The translations under genes were made by a program, and so were the position numbers. From Tubulanus polymorphus (Eukaryota; Animalia; Nemertea), in assembly GCF_964204645.1 (NCBI RefSeq), contig NC_134026.1, forward strand, positions 19,718,467 to 19,782,466: 64,000 nucleotides of DNA. Direction: 5' to 3'. This document shows, in pieces, positions 48,373 through 62,098 of the stretch (its first letter is position 1; each line of letters opens with the position of its first letter). The notes under the pieces are model-generated. The model was given only the letters and a program-made list of their open reading frames with translations. It was not told the origin of the DNA and searched no databases.

Positions 48373-48647
48373 GTGCGTAGATACTCACGAAAAATGCCCC
48401 CAGATTGCAGAAATATCGTGAAATTTAACTATTTCTATCAACTCCAGGTTCAAAGACAGTTTTCTCTCAACTGAAATCGAGAACTATTGAATTGGGTAAA
48501 AAGGCCAGTTGCAATGTCATGCCTTGTAGGCACGATGGTCCAAGTTTTTCATGTAGTGGTCTCGTCCGTCCAGAGTTCATTGGCAGATCTTGCCCGTAGA
48601 TATGCCCCTGGTAGTTTACGAATGTTTTATCTGACTGTTTGTTATAG

Positions 48648-48768
48648 AATCAAGAGCCCGATCGATGGAATGCTGATGAATGGCGTCAACAGTGTTCATA
48701 TACATAACGCAACTGATTATGTCGGAGAGAAGAGAACTATACGTTGGACGGAAGTGTTTTTCATTCAG
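48648..48768 (+). CDS. ZFYVE9: SARA-like exon 15
   Basis: Encodes (G)IKSPIDGMLMNGVNSVHIHNATDYVGEKRTIRWTEVFFIQ (SARA: …SPIDGKSMETI…GKVIRWTEVFFLE). Confidence 0.9.
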
Positions 48769-48995
48769 GTACCGAAGTGTTAACATCCTAAGCCAGCATT
48801 TGTAGAAAGAAATTCCATGGGCTAGATTTCGGTTAAAAATTCTTGTGTTAGAAAAGGTCAGAGGCGAGTTACACAGTTAAAGCCTGTTTTGAACGTTAAC
48901 CTATCTTTCTAACAACTTTGACCACTTAATGACTGAGCATCCTTCACTAGGAAATAGGTATTTCTACTAAATTGATGAATTTTTCAACTTTTCAG

Positions 48996-49157
48996 GTAGA
49001 AGATTCGGGTAATTCTCGTTGCGAGCCAGTTGACTTGAGTCGGTTAGCCGAGATGCTCGCGAAAGCTGCATGCATCGCTCTCGTGCCACGGTTGAACAAC
49101 TTGAAGGACACAAACATTCACAAGCTCGGCTTGCGTGTCACTATCGCCGCTGAACAG
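48996..49157 (+). CDS. ZFYVE9: SARA-like exon 16
   Basis: Encodes VEDSGNSRCEPVDLSRLAEMLAKAACIALVPRLNNLKDTNIHKLGLRVTIAAEQ (SARA: …HSRLTEHVAKAFCLALCPHLKLLKEDGMTKLGLRVTLDSDQ). Confidence 0.9.
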
Positions 49158-49774
49158 GTATTTCAAAAGTTTGAAAAATGCGTACATATCTTTGATAGCA
49201 CTCAGTGGGTCAAACTCAAGGAATAAAAAAGTTTGTTTTGAATAAAAGGGATTTTTAAGACAAAAGGATACTAGATTCACTTTTCTACTCAGAGAGTTCG
49301 TTATAGTTATAGTTATAATGACTATAAAAATGATCTTTCTATAATGCTCAATGCTGCCAATCTGCTTGCGGTGCTTTCCAGATATACTTCCATTAGTTGG
49401 TATAATTGCACGCAGCCCATATCTCGAATTGTGTTTCAGATATCTCTCTCTGGTGAAATGTAACACCAGCGGAGCTAAGTCTATTAATTTTTTCCTGGGA
49501 TCGATTTTTTTTGGGAAAAAGAAGACTTTTTAGCAATCCTTCAATAGAGTGTAAAATGGATATAAAAATGACGGTTTATTCAGACTGCAAGGTTTCATTG
49601 TCGTATTGAGACCAAATTGAGGTATCTATGTGGTCAAAAGATGAAAAGAAATATCTTGCCTGGGGACACATCAATATGTACAGGTTCGAATCAATCCCTG
49701 TCTTCCCAGATTTGAAAGCTCCAACAACTCGCCTTTGCCACAGTATTGTCGAAAGAGCTAATTTTATTGATTAA

Positions 49775-50040
49775 TCCTTTCAGTGCATCTACATGGCAGT
49801 GCGATGTATAAATTGTTTGACATAGCTAATACACCATATCAGGGTGTATTGATATTGTCAGAAATTAGTTGTTATTCGTATTTAAAGATCGCAGGACCTG
49901 TCAAACATGATGAAATATCAGCAACTAGTGATACACCGCAGGGCGGTGTAGATGCACTATAGCGGTATGCCTGTTATTCAACATGCTAAGGTGGAATTTC
50001 TAAAAAATTTCAGATCCCCAGCACTAGTCAGCACTGAAAG
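49775..50040 (-). repeat. Family-H hairpin repeat copy in inverted orientation, just upstream of the last SARA exon
   Basis: …ggtggaatttctaaaaaatttcagatccccagcactag is the reverse complement of the family-H 5' end. Confidence 0.6.
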
Positions 50041-50074
50041 TGTTTTAAAAGAAAAAATGTATTTGTTTATATAG

Positions 50075-50227
50075 GTCGGCTATGAAATCGGTGCCAACGG
50101 AGAGAAACTGCCGTCCGCTTACATGAACGAATTGGACAACGAACTCATTCCGGTCATTCACAACGCCGCGTCGAACAACAACGACAACCCGGTGACGTTG
50201 GAGCTTGTGTTTCACATACTCGAATGA
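50075..50227 (+). CDS. ZFYVE9: SARA-like terminal coding exon, stop TGA at 50225-50227
   Basis: Encodes VGYEIGANGEKLPSAYMNELDNELIPVIHNAASNNNDNPVTLELVFHILE* (SARA: [31 protein letters not shown]…VVMELIFYILENIV). Confidence 0.9.
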   Translation, partial: VGYEIGANGEKLPSAYMNELDNELIPVIHNAASNNNDNPVTLELVFHILE

Positions 50228-52545
50228 CGACTGCCGCCGCTGCCAGAGCGCGATGATAATGGCGTCGACGCGGCGCCCCTTTAAACGATGTCTTTCATGT
50301 AAAAAAAATATACAGCAATATGTATAGATATCAGACTGCTTCGGATTCGCTCGACGTTTCGCCGGGTTACGATCGGATTTGCTCACGAACGGCGGAAATG
50401 TCGGATTTGTACATGCTTTACACACGTATGCACGTAAAAGGGTCTTGCGCACTTTTTCGACGGGGTTACGGCATATTAGCGATTTACATCGAAGTTCGTA
50501 AATCCCCCGATTATCTCTCGTCGTTACTGATCGGCAAATAGACTAAGACGTTACGCGCAAGGCCGCTATAAAACCGGCGGTACATATTTGTTTTCACTGG
50601 TATTGCTGAATACGAGTCGACTTTCTGATTAAGAAAGTCTCCGTACGCACAGTTTGGTTTCATTCGCGAGAATGATTATTGTTTCGGTAAAACCATAGTC
50701 AAATACAAGACCTAGACCCCCGCTGTTCATAGGCCGGGTTGATCATTAACAACTAACCTTCGACCTCGGTTAATACCGCCGTAACGACGAGAAACCATGT
50801 ATTAGATATGCTGATTTTTCAAAATTCCCTGGACCCTGTCTATGAAACTTTTAGCCAATTTCTTTTCAATTGGTTCTTATGGCCAATCTAATAAGTCTTA
50901 TAGTTTTAAGAGGATTTTTTATGTAAACGTGTCACTGAACCCCTGTGTTGTAAACACATGTGTCTCCCGTGTATCCATTTACATGTACGCTTCAAGGCCA
51001 GTAAATGCATGTATAGTTATTACTTACCCGTACTCGAGAAACAAAATTTCATATCTACTGGATTGAAAATACATACTACAGCCAAACCCGCTTAATCCGG
51101 ATCAGCTTAATCCGGATTTTAGTCATAATAATTCAGTTAATATACAAGAAATGACTTATAATCGGATTTCCCGTGAACCGGATGAATTTTGTTGGTCCCA
51201 AATGATCTGAATTAAGCGGATTCTACTGTGGTTGAGTACGTCTGATATTGGACTTGCATGAATATTATGCCTGTTATATTACTATGTATATCATTTTGTG
51301 CCAGATTTTTAATCCACGATAAATTTTCTGCTCATATGAATGGTGAAATTGTTAGATGAGCGAGTGTTATTAGTTGTTGAAAATGAGGACCATATGCCTA
51401 GTAGTAAGACATTGCCGAGTAATATCTACATTCTTAGCCTCCCACATCGATAAATTGGGCAAATCGTGGCTTGATTTTAATTCATTATTCTAAGATTTTG
51501 AAAAAATTAGCATCAGTTTTGATTGAATCTCATAAGAAATCCTATTGCTGCCTGGTGGATCCTCATTTTCCACAAGTGGAATTCTCAATTGCAGAGTCCT
51601 AGTTTTACGTTGAGTTGTTGTTGCGTTGATAGACAGTTGTTGAAATTTTGCCTGTATAGAATACCTTTCAAATGCGTAATCTACCATTCCAAAAACAGCA
51701 GTTAAATGGACCTAATTCCAATACCTTTTACCAATCATACTCTATGATTTGTCATCGTTCTTTTTCAATTGTTAGGGTTCACATGTTTTCAGGATTATTA
51801 CCTTGGACACGAAACAAATTGATTATGAATACAAGATATTCAAAAATTCATCATCAAGACTTTCACTTAGATAGAGTAAATATGTCTGAAGGGGATTGAT
51901 TGATATCTGCAACATCCGTTGGAGCACTTTCATATTTTCCACTTAATGCAGCAGTCAGTGACAATCCTGTACGATCCACCCAGCCCCCACTGGAAAAATC
52001 TGGACATGTCAATGTCTGCGAAATAGGTCAAAATATGAGTGAATCTGCTCCGAATAAGCCAAGTCGACTGTGTATAAAGTTTTGAATGAAAATGCTTTCC
52101 GAAAAAGCTTTGTAAAATGCAGCAATCCAAGATGACATCACTAGTCGTTAGCAAATCTAATGTTAGTGATAAAAAATCATGTTCACTGATAAGCGAGTTT
52201 ACCGTTAATGTGATCATGAACTAGGTCTGAATGAGTTAGCGCATTGCTCGAATACTGGATGTACGTGTGAAATACAGAAAAAGCAGTTGATATTTTGTTA
52301 TTATGGAAAAACTATTTATTTCTGATAAGGCAGTGGATATTATGTCGTCTCGGCATTATCATGATTGGTTAATGACGTTGCGCATTAAGGTGCTTGACTT
52401 CATGAAAATTTGAGGAAGCGATGCGAGAAAACAGAGCAGAAAATTCAGTATTCAAACCTGCAGCGAGCATATTGCTAGCACAATCTAGACAACAGAGTTG
52501 TAAACTGTTGAACATTTTGACTATCTATTGGCCTATAATTCTGAT

Positions 52546-52599
52546 CCTAACCCTAACCCTCTCCTAATCCTTATCCTAGTTATAGTAATATTATTATTA

Positions 52600-52671
<72 letters not shown>
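52546..52671. repeat. Short degenerate (CCCTAA)n telomere-like block (52546-52576) abutting a long (ATT)n microsatellite (52588-52671)
   Basis: cctaaccctaaccctctcctaatcc…(att)27. Confidence 0.8.
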
Positions 52672-53326
52672 GTATATGCACAATGTTACCTACCTATTGT
52701 ATCAACCTTCCACTACACATGACACATGTGCTCATTCATCCAATTGTCATTGGTGATGTACGCAAGAAATGTACCCTACCCGACGAAAACTTTACCACTG
52801 CTTGTGTACATACAACATGCTAATTGCCCAAAGCTAATTTTTTAATTAGAATTTGTATAATTTGCCTCTTAAGTAATAGTACATTTGAATCAGATTTTTA
52901 TATTTTCTTGTCTCGGAAAAGGGAAGTTGGGTTTTGTTAATTTGTAAATTTAGGGCTTCTTAAGCCTTGAGGATGCTTAGGGTCGGAATATTTTTGGATT
53001 ACTTGATTTTACTACGATGTTAAGTGGAATTCATATCAATTCACATTCTAGACTCATCTCTATATTATGCTTGCAATGCTCCAAAAATCGGTTATCTATT
53101 GTTCCTTGGCTGATAATATGTTACAAAGTCATATAATATAATGAAAACCATTTAATTTGCTATGTGATTCACAGTATTTTGACCTACTTAAAAATTTTGA
53201 GATTAATATGATTTTATTACTGTACATGTCCCTATAACAGATAGTGGGTTGGATTTAGGATGTTCAGATGCCTTTGATTACCCTCGCTGCTTAATAGCTT
53301 CAAAGGTCATACATTGATTATAATTG

Positions 53327-53690
53327 GTTCTTGGGCTTCCGTAACGAGACCCATATTTTCGTACTGTCTCTGTCTGTGTGTCTGTCTTTCAGCTACTTAG
53401 CACCGTTAATAGCAGGTCGATCTTGATGAAACTTGGGTACAATGTTAGTATGAGGGCCTGGTTGTGAAGTGCAAAAAATTGGCCCAGTGCACCACCTAGC
53501 GACAGAACTAGACACTAAACTATATTTGTCAGCGACATGACCTTGAAGATGACCTCATAACTGAGGAACTGAGTTGAAATTCAAAAAGTTGACAAAATTT
53601 CACTATCGGCCCTAGATAACTCTAGACAACATATCGAAAATGCAATGGGAACTAAGGCCTGTCCAAACGTGTATCACAGTGATAACAAAT
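53327..53690 (+). repeat. Dispersed repeat family 4 (copy 2)
   Basis: See 20880-21240. Confidence 0.75.
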
Positions 53691-54714
53691 TCAACGAGCC
53701 TGAGCTCGAGAACTGTTGTCGCCTATGGCTTGTTCTGATTTATTGATCACATTAAAGCCTGGCGCAAAGTCAGTGAAATTCTTGTGTTGAGGTTTTAGCT
53801 CATATGATGAAAAACTATTCCAGTGAGTAGACCGTTCACTCCGCAATGCTTCAGACTGTTACTAATAATTGCCTCAGATTGTGCCCCGGACAAAACATTT
53901 AAAATTTTCTCACTCGCCCCAATTCATCGTTATAACGACCAATCCTTGCTCTGATTACCGTGAAATTCGCGTGCCTGGGAGAGAATATATCGGATCCGAG
54001 CCAAGCAGAGTCTACAGTATCCAACACCGATAGTTTTGCCTACAGTCAAGAATGAAAGACTTACTTCCTTAATCCTCTTTATCCCTACCGGGACATAAGG
54101 CCATGATGAACTACTTCCACTTGGACCGGTCCTTAGCTGTGTGTTGAGCTTGGTCCCAGATAAGACCAGTTGAAGACAGTTCAGTGGTGATGGTGCGTCT
54201 CCGTGTGGTTTTGGGGCGGCCACGACTACGTCTACCATCTTCAAAAGTGAATGAAGACTCAAAATATTGTCAGCGACGTAAACAAGTGAGATTTTTCGTA
54301 AGTTTACTGATACCTCCACTTTGTGATCGGAGAATATTATTGTAGTGCCTTTCCGATGTATGAACTTGTGATAGTATGAGCATTCTGAACTCCTTGGACT
54401 TGGTTGAACGAGGGGTTAAGTAAGCAATAGCGACAAAACCCAGGAATTTTGAGTTTAACCTTCAAGAAAATCTGGGTCGTGCCGGTCGGACCGGTAATCA
54501 AGTGCCGTATTTTTCTCTGAAATTTTATGAAATTATGTTCACGATGTTTTGGTGTCGAGAAAGTTTCAGAAATTTTTTGTTTCGAAGGTATTCACTATTC
54601 AACATTCAGGTGATTGTGCACAAAATTTCCACTCATTTTTAAAAGTATGATGTGCTCAATTTTGTGCTAGGCATTCCAAACATGAACTCTAAAAATTGAA
54701 TCGTTTTATTAGAC

Positions 54715-55210
54715 TCCACAGCTGCGATCACACAAACGTTTTAGGCCCGGGCCAAATAAGGGCCAGGAACAAGCGTTCATATGGGTGCCAATTGGGCCCG
54801 TGCCTATTTGGCCCGATTAGAAACGAACCAGGCCCACGAGCTTAATTGAGGCACAGGTCAAATTATCGTAATTTGCAACTGGTTCTGGAATTGTCTCACT
54901 ACGCTTTGCTTAAGAGTGGTTTGTATGAGAACCCAAATTTGGCCCGGAACAACTGTTCACACGGGTGCCAAATGGGCCCGAGCCTGTTGGGACCGGGCCA
55001 AATTTGGCCCGAACCAAATTTTAGCACCGGACAAATGATTGCGTTTGAATTGCAACCGGCACTGGAAATGATCCACTCCGCTTTGTTTGAGCATTGTTTA
55101 GTGTCGAGTGAATGGTTTGCGTGTGAACCCGCTCTCTGATTAGGCACGGGCCAAATTTGGCCCGAGCCTGATCCGTGCCAATTTGACCTGGGCCAAATCG
55201 TCTCCGTTTG
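54715..55210. repeat. Dispersed repeat family 3 (copy 3, longest, with internal duplications)
   Basis: See 10480-10870. Confidence 0.75.
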
Positions 55211-56082
55211 ATCGCGGCTATAGTTGGATTAGAGCTGAGAGCTGTTGAAAGAAACACTTTTCAATTTAGAAGTGACCACATCCCCTAATGGTCATCATTA
55301 GTTACATCATCGGGCAGGTGGTTATCGTCAGGAGTGACCACGTCCTACGGTATATTCCTTGATGGCCTTCCATCTTGATGGTCATAAAAATTACTTCATC
55401 AGACTTCACTCCATTAGTCTTGACTCGCTGTCAATTCACAATAGAACTGTTTGTCAAATCTTGGAGTAATCAGAGGTTAATTCAGTCTGATTACTCCAAG
55501 GTCAAATACATGCTTCTCGCTCCCGTTCTGTGTTTTACGGCATTAAGAAAATACACACGAAAACATGTTACTCGCCCAGTATTGTGATAAGAAAATCCAC
55601 GAAAACCTGAGGCGTTTTCTTTGAGGCAGCCCGATGTAAAAGTGATAATGAAAACCTACTTGCCCTTATGAAAATATACTTGTCCTGGGCAATCGGACAA
55701 CTGCATAGATCGGAACCTGAATAATGTCATATGTCATGTCATATCTGGCATTTGTATTTGCTTGATCAACTAAATCGACGTAAAACCAAAGCGTAGATCA
55801 GTCGCCTCGCGAAAACGCCTCCTGTCATTTGGGACCAATGAAATTGCTCCATTTTTGTTTTATCCTCAAAAATATCATAAAACCTCTATAAACGAAAAAA
55901 TCTGTGGATCATATGTTGTTGACGGTGACTGTAGATATCAAGGTTTTAATGTGTTTTTAAATTGTGCAAATTCCCATGTATTAAATATGTTTCTGTTGCC
56001 AAAACGATTTGTAATGATTATAAGAGGAGAAACACTGTTTGTTGAAAAATATATAAATAAAGATATATTCGATTATTAATTA

Positions 56083-56091
56083 TTATTATCA

Positions 56092-56122
<31 letters not shown>

Positions 56123-56130
56123 TGTTTATT
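56083..56130. repeat. (ATT)n microsatellite
   Basis: Read directly. Confidence 0.9.
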
Positions 56131-57029
56131 ATTGTATTCGGGATAATTGAGAATGTACCATATAAGCCACATCTGTTTTCTATGCTTGACTGAAAATTGT
56201 AATATATCGCGAGAAATCTTGTCTAGTCTGACTGTATGAAATAATTTCCTGAAGAATAGAATGATAATAAAAAAACACAATATTTACTGGTTGGTTTAGA
56301 ATGATATTTGCTTTATTTTCTTTTTTCTTGTCGTTTCATAGGCGATTCTCAAACTTTGGGGCATTTTGTACGCCTTTTGCCTGAAAAGTTGATTTTGTTG
56401 TATTGGCGTGGACTTAGCTCTTAATTCAAGCAGATCCCGCAGCGAGATGTTTTTTTTTTTCAATTTATCGGACCCGGTTGGGGAATGAGAAACGAGGTAT
56501 GATCTTGTTGCCTAATCTATAGATTTTACTGATTTTTAGCCCACTTGGGACATTAGTCCCAGCGGGCTATTGCGCTCACTTTTCGTCTGTTGTCCATCCG
56601 TTTACCTTAAACACATCTTCAGCCTAAAAACTTGCCCTGTCAGAATCAAGATGGCTGACTGGCAGCCATTGTTGTCCGCCAAAATCAGCACTTTTTACAC
56701 ATTTTTGAACATTTTGAGGGAAATTGATTAATTAACTTGATCTGTCTTATATATTTGAATCCCCCAAGGGCCCATCAGCATAAGAAAAATTGGGTCGATC
56801 GGAGTCAAGATGGCCGTCCTATGACCTTTTTAGTGCCCAAAAATGTAAATTTTGGCCGAAATTCTGAGTCCTGTAGCTTCCTACTGGTTTGCCATTTCTC
56901 ATTGCAATTTGTGATGGGTATTCTTTGGAAAGGGATGTTTTATACCTGAGACAGGTATTGTTGATCAGCCAATTATGGCGCAATTGGCGGCCATCTTGGC
57001 GTCATCAGTACTCATTCGTAGGTGGCAAA

Positions 57030-57690
57030 AAGTTGAATAATACATGGCATTGAATAATACAATAACTTAGTATTTCTATATTATATTTGTATCTACGCAT
57101 ATTTTGTTACCACAATCGATTGCAAAGATGTAGCTCATGACATCGTCTATTTTTGTGGTGAGTTTCAAGGAAATTAGTTATTCTATATGGTCACCAGGGG
57201 GCGTTGAATAGTAGAATTACTTAGTATTTCCTTATTAGATTGGTACCTAGGGATATTTTGTTACCATGATCAATTGCAAAGTTGTAGTTCATGACATGAT
57301 CTACGATTGTGGTGAGTTTCAAGGTCATTGGGTTTTGCATATGGTCACCAGGGGGCGTTGAATAGTAGAATAACTTAGTATTTCCTTATTAGATTGGTAC
57401 CTAGGGATATTTTGTTACCATGATCTATTGCAAAGTTGTAGTTCATGACATGATCTACGATTGTGGTGAGTTTCAAGGTCATTGGGTTTTGCATATGGTC
57501 ACCAGGGGGCGTTGAATAGTAGAATAACTTAGTATTTCCATATCAAATTGGTAACGAGGCATATTTTGTTATCACAATCAATTACAAAATCATAGCTTCT
57601 GACATATTCTATGATTGTGGTGAGTTTCAAGGTCATTGGTTTTTGTATATGGTCACCAGGGGGCGTTGAATATTGAAATTGTTAGATTGT
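57030..57690. repeat. Minisatellite, about 4.5 tandem copies of a ~128-bp unit (…gttaccacaatcgattgcaaag…gtggtgagtttcaagg…tggtcaccagggggcgttgaatagtagaat…)
   Basis: Direct tandem repetition. A related fragment lies at 15560-15640. Confidence 0.85.
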
Positions 57691-58244
57691 TGAGCATTTG
57701 AAACCGCACTTCCCAAGTGGGCATGGTGTCCCTGGACCCCTAGTTGTATGACTTAATTGTATGACTTAATTTGTGTAAAGGCAGGAGGCGGATGAACCCT
57801 TTTATGGTTTTTATGATTTTATGGATGAACCCTGCCATGTTATCCAAGATGGCCGTCACAGTCATGTTGAAACCCATTTTGTGAGATACCCTATTAAAAT
57901 ATGCGTTTTCTACCGCATGGTTCTCACACACGAAGGATATTCTATACGTATATACGTCTAGTTTTGAATTGATGAATTTTTATATCTTTATTCGTCTAAG
58001 TATATTGCATTAAATAATGATATTCTGTTGGTGAGTTGTTCTCATTACTAGTTACATATATTTTTAGCTGACAATCAATACTCAAAAGTTTCATCTCATG
58101 ATGTCGGCGATCTCAAAAAGTATCTGCCTCCGTGACTGAGTTTGATTATCGGCAATAAACAATTGTAGATTTCCAATAAATCAAATTCTGTATATATGGA
58201 TTTATGTTTGCATTTGGGATAATGACCAACTGAATAAGATATCT

Positions 58245-59965
58245 TCATCGAAAACAGTAAAACGCCCTCTTAATCAGATCAAAAAACTGCGCTCTAAAGT
58301 ACGAACCAGCCAGACAATAGATGAAGAAATTCAAGGCATGGTTCGAGTGCTTCAGTAAAATGAAAATTCCAAAAAAATATAGGTGAACCGATAAAGGTGT
58401 GCATCATGTTGACTTGATAGGGTAATGTTGTACTGATGAAGACGATATTAACGGATAAAAGTAATCGGGTCAGGTTATCGTAACGTGAATCGTCATTTTT
58501 GCCCGTTTTGTTCATTAGTTTTGCCGCTGTACGAGATCGGTTTAATTGTACGATTATAATCGTATTACACGCGGTTATGATTAGAAAAGGCATTATTGTA
58601 TAGGTGGCCGCAGATATCCATAATCGATATTTGGTGGAGTATGTTCGCCAAGCAGCTGTTGGAGCACGACATTCATATCTATCCCGGATTAGTACCAAAC
58701 TGACGCTTCCAGCAAAAGCAGTGGAGTTGATGACACTGACGAATAGCAAAATTACTAAAAAGAGGAACATCGCCCTTCGAACAGTCCAGATAGTTTTGGC
58801 TTTCGTCGGTTGCACTACGCATATACATCTCTCAATCGTCAACAGGACAATAATCCACGACGAGGTTTGTTCGGCGAACCCAATCAAAAATGTCAGCGAA
58901 ATACACGACGCTTTTGACGCTGCTCGTATGTCGGGAGACAACTGTTGCGGCCAATAAGCCTTTTTACAGTTTCCAGGCGCCATTTTTTGGGGTACCCGCC
59001 GGGTCCGCATTGTTGAATTTTTTGTCCCTATTTTTCTCCGGTTTAATTTTTTTATTTCGTTCATATCTCTGGATTTGATTAAGATAGAAACAAAGTAAAA
59101 ATATCGATGAACTCGGCTGATAATAAACTTTTTTATGATATCACTCATTTATAAAGTTAATGCAACAATGTGCGCTGGTGAAGTTATAAACATTGATATC
59201 GTCTCTTGCAAATTAAATTGTTTTGGATGTATTTGTTTCAACACCGAGGGGCACCCTACTCACAGCTTTAAACCACGGAAAATGTCCTTATTTTTGGACC
59301 CCTCTCCCAATCATCTAAGATAGTCAAAAAAGTCGAAATAAGTCTTAGTGTCAGGCATTTAAGTTTCATTGATCTCCCGTCTATATTATATCGTTTCACA
59401 GTATATTGCATCAATGAAATATGGCCGTTGGCAGGTGATTCTGGAGCCAGTTGCTCAAAAGTTAACCATCAGAAATACCATGGTGTAATGGCGAGCACTC
59501 GGTCTTCAGTTAAATACCGGTACCCGATTTAAATTTTTGAATTTTCAGCAGCAACTCCACACAAATGGAGGCAGCCACGGCCGTGTCAAACTTGACGCTT
59601 GCAAACCGTTGGATCGGCTTGATAACGCGCAGGAATTTCCTCGCGAGTAACTCCAGATTTATGTCGAGCAGATCGAAGAAAGCTAGGAACATCATTAGAA
59701 TACCGGTTGAGGAAGTGCGATAGAATTTCGAAGTCGATAGAACGACAAGCGCCGAAACGTTGCCGATATTGCCCAGTATGATGATAGGTAACGCGCCGTA
59801 TTTGATGACGAAGAAGTAATTTCTGTAGAACGTGAATAAGACGGAAACTTGTGTTCCGTTGGACAATGACATCAGAATGAGATTGGAATGCAGGTTTATC
59901 CTGGTTAGAATTACTGGTAGAGAATTGGTGATATCATTGGTTGAAAACGCGCTTATATTCATCAT
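58245..59965 (-). pseudogene. Rhodopsin-like (class A) GPCR. It is probably a pseudogene, or affected by homopolymer indel errors. TM1-2, TM3-6 and TM7 lie in three different frames.
   Basis: ORF 59965-59510 gives an N-glycosylated N-terminus, TM1 (GNxxN-like …LGNIGNVSALVVL) and TM2 (LAFFDLL). ORF 59148-58294 gives the conserved ECL1 Cys, TM3 with an E/DRY-like IERC, TM4, TM5 (…IMPFLII…) and TM6 (FISTTLPY). TM7 with NPxxY-like HALNFFIYCLAGSYFRAQF lies in the +1 frame directly after a T7 run at ~58330. Confidence 0.55.
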
Positions 59966-60783
59966 AATCTCATCAATTCGATCATATATTTGAATACTGC
60001 AAAATTTCTAATCGATGACGATGCATTTTTAAAAAGATTAATCGATTGATTGGTTCGATGGGAAATCCATAGGTAGTTTTTTTCTTCGGTTTAGTCCCGT
60101 TCCGTCTATATATAGTCTCCGTTTCCATTCATTTTCGAATGAATTCTAGCAATGATACGGTTCCCGTAACAGCATTTAACCAGTGATTCCGCCCTAGTGT
60201 AGACCCGCCCTATATAATTGAATGATAGGCCTATTGTTTACGACTGTGTCCCGCCCGAGAAAATAAATCTTAATGATGTTTTTACAGTCTGGAGAATTTA
60301 AGGACATAAATACGATAGGTGCAACTCTTGCAAACTTCGTAACTTATCAGATACAATGGTAATTCATTAGGTCTTATATTTCATCTTTGCTGAATTCAAA
60401 GTTAGGAGATGGATTAAATAAACAGTACATACACAAAGATATGCCGGACTGCTTCGTTGTATTCAACTGTGGATAGTGAGAGCTGGATATCTGAAGCAAT
60501 GGAAAAGAACTCTGTTCAATGTATTATCCATTAGAAGGATGATTTAAATTGCCACTGACAGGTGAATTACTACCATAAGAACCAAGGTTGCCGCAAAATT
60601 CCGGTTGGCTAAATTCATACATAATTTTACGATGCAATTTAACAGCACTACACAATAGAAGAAGAGAATGTCATTATGGGTTCGAGGATGTAAATTGAAA
60701 ATTTTTCTTATATATTTTCTTGCTGCACAAATTAGTTTGTGAGAAATAACCGACCCGTATAGGGATCAAGCAGTAAGTACGAA

Positions 60784-62098
60784 CAAGAAAATTAACTTTA
60801 ATAAATTATTTGACGCCTGCGAAAAAATGTAGAATTTCTGGGATAAGCTAATGTGGAATTGCAAAGTTTTAAGAAATTTGGGGAATTATGAGATTTGGCG
60901 ATTGGGTAGATGATACAGTCTTCGACTGGTCTAATTTAAAAAAAAAATTGTCAACTTGTGACCGACTTCGATTCACTTTTGCTCTAAGCTGGTCTGCAAC
61001 TTCATTGCCTCCATGGTTGAAGAAAGAGCTCTTCTGATGTCTGCTTCATCATGACTTCGAGTAGCCAGCCGGCCCGGTCCCAGGGCCCGGTTTGGTTGTC
61101 ACTCGATATCCTAGACTTGAGTCTGGGTTGAAGTAGACATCGTCATTTAAATAACTTATTCATGTTATTCTGTATGAATAACCCATGTGTCTTGTATTTT
61201 GTATTTTCTTATTCTAAAATTTGTAACTTTATTGAATTAGGGAATTTCATCCCGGAATTTCAATGTAATAAGGATCAATAAAGTATTATGCCATCAGTGG
61301 ACGCGGAGCCTTCAATTCCCTTTCGTTTTTTTTTTCCCTGGGTGCTTGCGACAGCGGCCTAAAGGCTTTGCTTGGCCCACACTGAAAGCTACTGCTCTCT
61401 CTCTCTCTTTTTATAATTGTGCTTTGTTTAAAAAAATTGTAAATTTTATTGTTTGTTTTCTCTCAACCTGTGTACATAGCCTGTCATGCTTTCTGTGAAA
61501 TAAATTTGAACTTGAACTTGAACTTGAACAGGTATGCTATTATAGATTGCTAATCTCATGAAACCTGCATACCCCTAATATCGAACATATTTTCTAAAAC
61601 ATTTGAATATTGAAATTATTTGTTTACATGTTTTTATATAGACCGCTTGTAGCCGCCGATGAAATTCACGCCGGCCCTACTCAGATCGAAGATAGCTTCG
61701 TCATTCCACTAGCATCCCCATGTCAGGGTCTGACTTTTATATCAGACTTCCAAATCGTGTATACATCCGCCATTCAACCGAATAATCCGATTTACTTATC
61801 ATTTCTATTTATGCCTGCCGCTCCTGATATAATCATACATCCTTTAATATTACAATACCTCTTATCATGATATTCAATGCAATATAACATTTCGACGTTC
61901 AAATAGAGGTCATTATATAATCACAGGGAGCCATTCTACATCTTTATCAATAATATTTTGCCAAATAGCTTGTATGTGTACACATAAACCTGTGACGTTT
62001 TGCACATCGATTTACGGTTGTCGTTTGTAAAATGACGCTGAATGGTTAACATTGTTTAGGTTTCATAATGGTAACGTTTTATAAGGCGTCAAAAAATA
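60784..62098 (+). repeat. 1.3-kb dispersed repeat (copy B). It has a 230-bp private insertion (61310-61540) containing a (cttgaa)4 motif.
   Basis: See 11262-12594. Confidence 0.85.

Noticed and set aside
50045-50452. 135-aa minus-strand ORF
   Set aside because: It is antisense to the terminal SARA-like coding exon and its GC-rich 3'UTR, and has no independent signals.
52528-52722. 64-aa polyLeu ORF
   Set aside because: It is a translation of the (ATT)n microsatellite.
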